Source: Microcystis aeruginosa NIES-843 (GTDB taxonomy: Bacteria > Cyanobacteriota > Cyanobacteriia > Cyanobacteriales > Microcystaceae). From it: a DNA stretch of 32,000 nt. Positions within the stretch are counted from its first letter, which is position 1; every line of letters starts with the position of its first letter. Both the position numbers and the translations under genes were made by a program. Positions 26,150 to 32,000 of the stretch are shown in pieces. A model generated the notes under the pieces. That model was not told where the DNA came from. It searched no databases and saw nothing but the letters and a program-made list of their open reading frames with translations. The stretch spans positions 270,001 through 302,000 of the forward strand of contig NC_010296.1 in the NCBI RefSeq assembly GCF_000010625.1, written 5' to 3'.

Positions 26150-26345
26150 CGAACCAAGAGATACGGCATCAGCAAAGGTAATTGAGAACCGAGGAAAAAA
26201 CGCGGTCGGGCTGACCGTGTTGGAAAACGCTCGCGGAGGCGATTTGACGGGGATCGACCGGGTTAAACCAGGTCGATCTAGTTAAAAGCCTAAGAACCGA
26301 GAATCCCCCGCTACACCGCGCGAGCGGTTAGCGGGGGAGAGTCAA
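26150..26345 (+). ncRNA. Putative TnpB-associated omega/right-end RNA region (3' end of tnpB plus the RE hairpin)
   Basis: Called by analogy with characterised TnpB systems, where the guide RNA scaffold overlaps the tnpB 3' end and the right-end hairpin. The strong hairpin at 26305-26337 followed by gagagTCAA is visible. The 5' boundary is a guess. Confidence 0.3.
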
Positions 26346-26484
26346 TAACCTTTTTCTCTTATCCAGAGGACTTCTGGGTTCGCAAAGGGACAAAAAAGTG
26401 TGGAGAATCCTCCCATAATCGCTACAATTTTTCTAGAGGCTAAGTATTGCCCTCATTCAAGTTCTTTTGTACTCATTAAAAACC

Positions 26485-29400
26485 ATGAAAATTCTTCACG
26501 GTACTTGGATTCCCCAATCAACGGATGAATTTATTCAGAAGGGTAGCTTTTATCTTTGGGGAGAAACTAGCACCCCGAAAAAGAGTCGCACCACTGCTGA
26601 TAATTATCATCCTTTTCAGTTAAGCAAAGAAGAATTAACTAGCTTTCTCACTGGAGAGTTAGGAATAGTTCAATCGAATTATAATCCTCTTAGTCGGCAA
26701 TTTGCCCCCCGCTACTTTCTTTTACCTAGTCACGACAATCAACCTTTACCCTCCTTAGAATTACTGCGTTATCTAGAAAAAGAACCCCCAGAAAATAGCC
26801 AATGGCAATCTTGGCACATTGATTGTTATCCCCTTAATCCTGTACTTAAACTGCTCAATGATCTGCACTTTATCTGTCTTTACAACTCCTCAGAGATTCA
26901 GTTAGGTGCAGATTTACTTTTTTGGTATCACTACAGTCAAGCTTTTAAAGAAATAATTCTCAAAGATAACTATATTCCTGCTTTTAAATATCGAGAATTA
27001 GCCACAAAGAACAAGAAAAACGCTAACTTTGCCATCTATCCTCTTTGGGAAATTATATCAGCAACCTACGAACCCAATCTCGATCGCTATCTCGAATATC
27101 TTCCCCGCATTTGTCTTGCTGGTGCTGAAAATCCCCATGCTTCACCACAATTATACGATCCCAAAACCCTACTGCGGCACTTCTCCGAATGTCTCCTCAA
27201 TGAAATTGTCACTAATACGGCAATTCCTGCCAGTTTTGACAAAAAAATTGGCGAGACAATTATAGGTGACTGCCTCTCTGTGACTAAAGCTGCTGGATTT
27301 CTGCAAACTGCCGCTGCCTTAGAAAAATATCAACAGTGGCAAACTTGGAGACAGCAATTACTAGGAGACCAAAATATATCTAGTTTTAGCCTTGGTTTTA
27401 AACTAACGGAAGCACCAGAAAATAATATTGAACAGTGGCAAATTACTTTTATCCTCATCTCTAAACAAGACCCCTCCCTGCGATTAGAATTAGACGAATA
27501 TTGGTATGCAGTACCCGAAAATAGAACAAGCATACGAGCGCATTTTGGTCAAGATTTAGACAAAAATATTTTACTAAGTTTGGGTTATGCTGCCCGTATT
27601 TATCCCCCCATTTGGCAAGGATTAGAAACGGATAAACCGACGGGATTTTCTCTCAACCTTACAGAAGCTTTTACTTTCTTGAAAGAAACTGCTTGGGTTT
27701 TAGAAGATGCGGGATATAAAGTGATTATTCCCGCTTGGTGGACTCCCCAAGGTCGTCAGCGCGCCAAAGTTCGGCTAAAAACTACTTCTAAATCGGGCAA
27801 ATCTACCCCCGTTAGTAAAGGGATTTTTAGCCTCGAAAACATCATTGAATATCAATATGAACTAGCCATCGGTGAAGAAACTATTACCCAAGAGGAATGG
27901 CAACAATTAATTAACACCAAAACACCCCTAGTTAAATTTCGAGGTCAATGGGTAGAATTAGAACAAAATAAAATGCAGCAAATGCTGGATTTTTGGGAGA
28001 AATATCAGCAGGAAAATCCTGAGATGAATCTGATTGAATTAATGAAAAAAGCTGCCGAATCCCCAGAGGAGATTATTGTTGAAACCGATGAATTTTTGGG
28101 TTCTATGCTAGAGAAATTACAAAATCCTAGTCAACTAGAACCGATCGAAAATCCTCCCCAATTACAAGGAACGCTGCGGGAGTACCAAAAGCGTGGAGTT
28201 GCCTGGATTCAATACCTGGAACAATTGGGTTTAAATGGTTGTCTTGCTGACGATATGGGATTAGGAAAAACCCTACAGGTAATTGCTAGATTGGTTGGGG
28301 AAAGAGAGGGAGATAATAATGTTTTACCAACTCTGCTAGTTGCACCCACTTCCGTGGTGGGAAATTGGGCAAAAGAAATTGAAAAATTTGCCCCCCATCT
28401 TCAGGTTTTAATTCATCATGGTAGTAAGCGCTATCAAGATGAGAGCGAATTTCAGACAGTAGCTAGTCAAAAGGATATCGTCATTACTTCCTTTACCTTA
28501 GTTCGCAAGGATTTGAAATTATTTAACTCGCAATCTTGGCAACGTTTGGTAATTGATGAAGCACAAAATATCAAAAATCCTAAAGCAGCACAAACTAAAG
28601 CAATCTTGAGTTTATCTGCACAACATCGTCTCGCATTAACGGGAACTCCAGTAGAAAATAGACTGCTTGATTTATGGTCAATTTTTAACTTCCTTAACCC
28701 TGGTTATTTAGGTAAAGAAACTCAATTTCGTAAAGCGTTTGAAGTGCCAATCCAAAAACAAAATGATCGTCTCCAGTCCACGGTTCTCAAAAAATTAGTG
28801 GAACCTTTTATTCTGCGTCGGGTAAAAACCGATAAGCAGATAATTAAAGATTTACCTGACAAAGTGGAAAACAAACAGTATTGTAATTTAACTAAAGAAC
28901 AAGCTTCTCTCTACGAAGTTGTCATCAAAGAAGTGGAAAAACAATTAGAAGAAGCGGAGGGAATAAAACGCAAAGGATTAATTTTATCTACCCTGATGCG
29001 CTTGAAACAAATTTGTAATCACCCGCGTCAATTTTTACAGGATAACAGTGCTTTTACTCCTGAGCGATCGCATAAGTTAGAGCGTTTGGGAGAAATGCTA
29101 GAAGAAGTAATTTTAGAGGGAGATAGTTTGCTTATTTTCACTCAATTTACTGAAATCGGTGACTCCTTACAAAAGTACCTCAAACAAACTTTTCGCTACA
29201 ATACCTATTATCTTCACGGAGGGACTTCTCAACCAAAACGAGAACAAATGATCGAAGAATTTCAACATCCCGAAACAGAACCTTCCGTATTTATTTTATC
29301 CTTAAAAGCTGGGGGAGTTGGCATTACTTTAACCAAAGCAAATCATGTTTTTCATTTCGATCGTTGGTGGAATCCTGCGGTGGAAAATCAAGCAACCGAT

Positions 29401-29607
29401 CGCGCTTTTAGAATTGGTCAACAAAAAAATGTTTTCGTGCATAAATTTGTCACATTGGGAACCTTAGAGGAAAGAATTGATGAAATGATCGAGGAAAAGA
29501 AAAAGGTAGCTAATGCTATTGTTAGTAATGATGAATCCTGGTTAACGGAATTAGATAACGAAAGTTTTCGTCAGTTAATCGCATTGAATAAACAGACAAT
29601 TATTTAA
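26485..29607 (+). CDS. SNF2-family helicase/ATPase with a long N-terminal extension (SNF2-associated domain)
   Basis: Motif I LADDMGLGKT, motif II DEAQNIKN, motif III LTGTPVEN, and C-terminal helicase blocks LIFTQF, LSLKAGGVGITLT and DRWWNPAVENQATDRAFRIGQ. I prefer the ATG at 26485 (MKILHGTW) over the TTG at 26467. Confidence 0.9.
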   Translation: MKILHGTWIPQSTDEFIQKGSFYLWGETSTPKKSRTTADNYHPFQLSKEELTSFLTGELGIVQSNYNPLSRQFAPRYFLLPSHDNQPLPSLELLRYLEKEPPENSQWQSWHIDCYPLNPVLKLLNDLHFICLYNSSEIQLGADLLFWYHYSQAFKEIILKDNYIPAFKYRELATKNKKNANFAIYPLWEIISATYEPNLDRYLEYLPRICLAGAENPHASPQLYDPKTLLRHFSECLLNEIVTNTAIPASFDKKIGETIIGDCLSVTKAAGFLQTAAALEKYQQWQTWRQQLLGDQNISSFSLGFKLTEAPENNIEQWQITFILISKQDPSLRLELDEYWYAVPENRTSIRAHFGQDLDKNILLSLGYAARIYPPIWQGLETDKPTGFSLNLTEAFTFLKETAWVLEDAGYKVIIPAWWTPQGRQRAKVRLKTTSKSGKSTPVSKGIFSLENIIEYQYELAIGEETITQEEWQQLINTKTPLVKFRGQWVELEQNKMQQMLDFWEKYQQENPEMNLIELMKKAAESPEEIIVETDEFLGSMLEKLQNPSQLEPIENPPQLQGTLREYQKRGVAWIQYLEQLGLNGCLADDMGLGKTLQVIARLVGEREGDNNVLPTLLVAPTSVVGNWAKEIEKFAPHLQVLIHHGSKRYQDESEFQTVASQKDIVITSFTLVRKDLKLFNSQSWQRLVIDEAQNIKNPKAAQTKAILSLSAQHRLALTGTPVENRLLDLWSIFNFLNPGYLGKETQFRKAFEVPIQKQNDRLQSTVLKKLVEPFILRRVKTDKQIIKDLPDKVENKQYCNLTKEQASLYEVVIKEVEKQLEEAEGIKRKGLILSTLMRLKQICNHPRQFLQDNSAFTPERSHKLERLGEMLEEVILEGDSLLIFTQFTEIGDSLQKYLKQTFRYNTYYLHGGTSQPKREQMIEEFQHPETEPSVFILSLKAGGVGITLTKANHVFHFDRWWNPAVENQATDRAFRIGQQKNVFVHKFVTLGTLEERIDEMIEEKKKVANAIVSNDESWLTELDNESFRQLIALNKQTII

Positions 29608-29620
29608 CCGAGGTAAACCT

Positions 29621-30460
29621 ATGAATAAATTTAGTAAAACTTGGTGGGGACAACGCTTTATAGAAGCATTAGAGGAATTTACCGACTCAGCGCGCTTGAG
29701 TCGAGGACGTTCCTACGCCAAAAATGATAAAGTCAAGAATTATACAATTGACGGTAATTTAATTACTGCTCAGGTGCGAGGTTCCATTAATCCCTACTTT
29801 GGGGTTTACAAAGAACCTTTGTATAAGGTGAGTATCGAGATTAAACCAATTACTAAAGCAGAGTGGTCACAAGCTTTATATAATCTTGGTTCAAGAGCGA
29901 GTATGATCTCTAAACTGCTGCTCAAAGAAGTTCCCGATAATATTGATGAAGCATTTAGCGATCTGAATCTGCACTTATTACCCCACAATCAAAAGGATTT
30001 TATCACCAATTGTTCCTGTCCCGATTGGGAAAATCCCTGTAAACATATTGCTGGAGTTTATTATCTGGTTGCCTCCCAATTAGATCAGGATCCTTTCCTC
30101 TTATTTGAATTACGGGGTATCTCTCGTCAAAAATTACTGCAAGAGTTAGCAAAAACTCCCCTCGGTAAGCTGCTTTCCTCCTCCATCCAAGAGGAAAAAA
30201 TTCCTCTTAACCCCGTTACCTCCTATCACACTAAACCCGAAACCATACTGGCAGCAGAAACAATTGATCTCAAAGAATTTTGGCACTCTCATCACCGTTT
30301 ACCCGAAAATCCTCAGTTAGTTAAATCCGCAACTATTCCCGCAATTGTCATTAAAAAAGCTGGTGATTATCCTGCATTTTGGGATAAGGATACTTCCTTT
30401 ATCGAGGTAATGGAAGAAATGTATCAACGGGTACGCAATAAAAATGCAGGTATGTTATAA
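29621..30460 (+). CDS. SWIM zinc-finger domain protein
   Basis: CSCPDWENPCKHIAGVYYL is the CxC...CxH SWIM signature. It starts 13 nt after the SNF2 stop, suggesting translational or operon coupling. Confidence 0.85.
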   Translation: MNKFSKTWWGQRFIEALEEFTDSARLSRGRSYAKNDKVKNYTIDGNLITAQVRGSINPYFGVYKEPLYKVSIEIKPITKAEWSQALYNLGSRASMISKLLLKEVPDNIDEAFSDLNLHLLPHNQKDFITNCSCPDWENPCKHIAGVYYLVASQLDQDPFLLFELRGISRQKLLQELAKTPLGKLLSSSIQEEKIPLNPVTSYHTKPETILAAETIDLKEFWHSHHRLPENPQLVKSATIPAIVIKKAGDYPAFWDKDTSFIEVMEEMYQRVRNKNAGML

Positions 30461-30481
30461 TTTTTAAGACAAGCAGAATCT

Positions 30482-32000
30482 ATGAACCAAGAATCTCTCA
30501 GCTTTGTCCATGGTAATGTCAAGTCAGCCGATCGCTTTTTAGTTTGTGGATTGGGTAGTCTCGGACAACACTGCGTCAAGTCTTTAAAAGAGTTTGGGGT
30601 TAGCGTCGTCGGTATCGAACTAATACAGCCTCCCAGTTGGGAAATTAATGATTTTCCCGATTTATTAGAGGAAATAATTATCGGTGATTGTCGTCAAAAA
30701 AACATTTTAGCAAGAGCGGGAATCGATCGCTGTCGGGCCGCTTTAATTGTCACCAGTGATGAGCGAATTAATGCCACCACTGCCCTAATTATTCGGCAAT
30801 TAAATCCCCTTACCCGCTTAGTGGTGCGTTCTTCTAAAGATAATCTCAATCAGCTACTCAAGGAACGTTTAGGCAATTTTATCGCCTATGAACCCACCCA
30901 ACTACCCGCCAATGCCTTTGCTTTAGCCACATTAGGCACAGAAACCCTCGGTTTTTTGCATCTCGACGGTCAGAAATTGCGGATTATCCAGAGACAAATT
31001 AGCCCCGAAGATGGTTTACTCGATCGCTTTTTAGGTGATTTAAATACTCCCACCCGTCGTCTGTTAGCACACACAGCCCCCGATGAACCTTTAAGGGCCG
31101 GATTTTATCAATGGTCTCCCACCACCACTATCAGGGCTGGTGATACCATTACCACTATAGAGACTACCTATCAAAACATCGATTCTACCCGCCAGAAACC
31201 GTCAAATTCTCCCCAGAAGTTGCGGGATTTTTGGCAGAAATTCCTCAAAGAAATCCAACAATTCTGGCAATTGAGTTTTCAGCAGCAAATTCATCGGGTG
31301 GCTTTCCTGTCAGTATTTATCATTATCCTCCTAGTAATTATCGGGACTTTTCTTTTCCATCTCTACGCCCCGAGAGCTTCCTTTATTTCCTCTCTTTCAG
31401 GAACAGCGATCCTTTTATTAGGTGGTTACGGCGATGTTTTCGGTGGCTCTAACCCCGAAGATTTAAATGCGGTTCCCTGGTGGATGCAGCTATTTAGTCT
31501 CTTTTTAACCTTAGCTGGAACCGCTTTTATCGGGGTTCTCTATGCCATTTTGACAGAAACTTTATTATCATCAAGATTTCAATTTATCCCTAACCGTCCC
31601 CCAGTTCCCCAACAGAATCATATCGTTATTGTTGGCTTAGGTCGAGTCGGCAGAGAAGTGGCTAATTTATTACTAGAAATGCAACAGGCGATCGTCGGGG
31701 TGAGCTTAAATAGGGATTTTGATGGGACTATGCTGCCAAAAATGCCCCTGATGACGGGAAATATCGAAGAATCTTTAAAAAATGTCAATTTAGATAGGGC
31801 CAAAAGTATAGCCATCGTTACCGATGACGAAATCCTCAATTTAGAAGTGGCCCTAACCACCCGCAAACTCAACCCCCAAAGCTACTTAGTCATCCGCACC
31901 ACCGACGACAACCTTAGTCAACAATTAAGTCAAATTCTGCCCCGATCTCACATTTTAGGAACCAACACCGTAGCGGCAGAAGCCTTTACGGGAGCGGCTT
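30482..32000 (+). CDS. Potassium channel with RCK/TrkA-N domains on both sides of the pore (partial; continues off the right edge)
   Basis: I translated this frame by hand from the ATG at 30482 to 32000 and found no stop; it is absent from the ORF track because it has no stop in the window. N-terminal Rossmann FLVCGLGSLGQHCV, TM1 VAFLSVFIIILLVIIGTFLF, selectivity filter LLGGYGDVF, TM2 WWMQLFSLFLTLAGTAFIGVLYAIL, second RCK HIVIVGLGRVGREVANLL. Confidence 0.85.
   Translation, partial: MNQESLSFVHGNVKSADRFLVCGLGSLGQHCVKSLKEFGVSVVGIELIQPPSWEINDFPDLLEEIIIGDCRQKNILARAGIDRCRAALIVTSDERINATTALIIRQLNPLTRLVVRSSKDNLNQLLKERLGNFIAYEPTQLPANAFALATLGTETLGFLHLDGQKLRIIQRQISPEDGLLDRFLGDLNTPTRRLLAHTAPDEPLRAGFYQWSPTTTIRAGDTITTIETTYQNIDSTRQKPSNSPQKLRDFWQKFLKEIQQFWQLSFQQQIHRVAFLSVFIIILLVIIGTFLFHLYAPRASFISSLSGTAILLLGGYGDVFGGSNPEDLNAVPWWMQLFSLFLTLAGTAFIGVLYAILTETLLSSRFQFIPNRPPVPQQNHIVIVGLGRVGREVANLLLEMQQAIVGVSLNRDFDGTMLPKMPLMTGNIEESLKNVNLDRAKSIAIVTDDEILNLEVALTTRKLNPQSYLVIRTTDDNLSQQLSQILPRSHILGTNTVAAEAFTGAA

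Larger units (their letters stand above)
23839..26285 (+). pseudogene. tnpB: tnpB (RuvC-like RNA-guided nuclease family, OrfB_IS605) split at codon 6 by the IS630 element
   Basis: 23839-23855 (GTG ITLT + TA) joins 25088.. in frame once 23856..25087 is removed. The product is MITLTYQYKLKVNRRQEREI...FPRFKKK...GIDAGI...FVEDINF...CPNCG...CDSCGHIEPRDTASAKVI (404 aa), with the RuvC D/E/D positions and the zinc ribbon intact. The ORF-track entry 25434..26285 is only its C-terminal two thirds. The frame is open back to 25029 without an ATG. Confidence 0.8.
23195..26345 (+). mobile_element. Decayed IS200/IS605-family element (divergent tnpA and tnpB) carrying a nested IS630-family insertion
   Basis: Related subterminal hairpins lie on the same strand at both extremities: 23200-23231 (ctcccgttaaaccgc-gta-gcggttaacgggag) and 26305-26337 (cccccgctacaccgc-gcga-gcggttagcggggg). 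A frameshifted Y1-transposase gene and a tnpB gene lie between them. The exact element ends are not determined. Confidence 0.65.

Noticed and set aside
10649-26484. N-terminal extensions in the ORF track from non-ATG starts (10649, 13922, 18343, 19217, 21875, 26467), including an apparent signal peptide on 21875
   Set aside because: In each case an ATG preceded by an AGGAG-like RBS lies 15-72 nt downstream, and the extension has an unnatural composition. I annotated the internal ATG starts instead.
712-31872. About 30 short ORF-track entries, mostly antisense to or out of frame with the long genes: 712-954, 2080-2346, 2779-3066, 4814-5083, 5224-5421, 6190-6396, 6589-6783, 8355-8564, 10140-10358, 11122-11307, 11869-12084, 12953-13156, 15100-15389 (x3), 16569-16823, 17692-17880, 18072-18401, 18525-18830, 19033-19326, 21590-21775, 24434-24787, 25069-25272, 25343-25579, 25592-25798, 27029-27265, 27330-27533, 29806-29988, 31231-31452, 31618-31872.
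   Set aside because: Each lies wholly or largely inside a longer ORF with clear family motifs. They have low-complexity or odd composition, no RBS and no recognisable motif, as expected for shadow ORFs in AT-rich DNA.

Overview
Likely an accessory-rich stretch of a cyanobacterial chromosome. The evidence is HIP1 GCGATCGC palindromes, heptamer tandem repeats, a heavy IS load and an AT-rich sequence; it is Microcystis-like, but I cannot verify the taxon. From left to right the window contains six blocks. (1) A minus-strand glycan-biosynthesis operon: GT2, GDP-mannose 4,6-dehydratase, a GT-C membrane glycosyltransferase and the start of a GT4 gene. (2) A repeat- and IS-scarred spacer with a truncated IS1-family transposase pseudogene. 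(3) Three minus-strand housekeeping-type genes: an MscS-like channel, a saccharopine-dehydrogenase-like oxidoreductase and a histidine kinase with a degenerate ATPase domain. (4) The main item: a co-directional ten-gene plus-strand island (9841-22924). At least eight of its products carry peptidoglycan-hydrolase or wall-binding motifs: Amidase_3, an M74/LAS endopeptidase with a PG-binding domain, Amidase_2 with a stalk domain, LysM+SLT, an AmpD-like amidase, a GH75-like protein, a DUF2272-like protein, and a PG-binding protein with an SxxK serine-hydrolase-like domain. The island ends with a 3-TM membrane protein and a DUF3616-like protein. Its LysM+SLT gene is cleanly split by an IS1634/IS4-family element with a 6-bp target duplication. 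(5) A decayed IS200/IS605-type element (frameshifted tnpA, subterminal hairpins) whose tnpB is split at codon 6 by an IS630-family element with a TA duplication. (6) An SNF2 helicase plus SWIM zinc-finger gene pair, followed by a partial RCK-pore-RCK potassium channel gene that runs off the right edge. All domain calls come from motif reading by eye; no searches were run.
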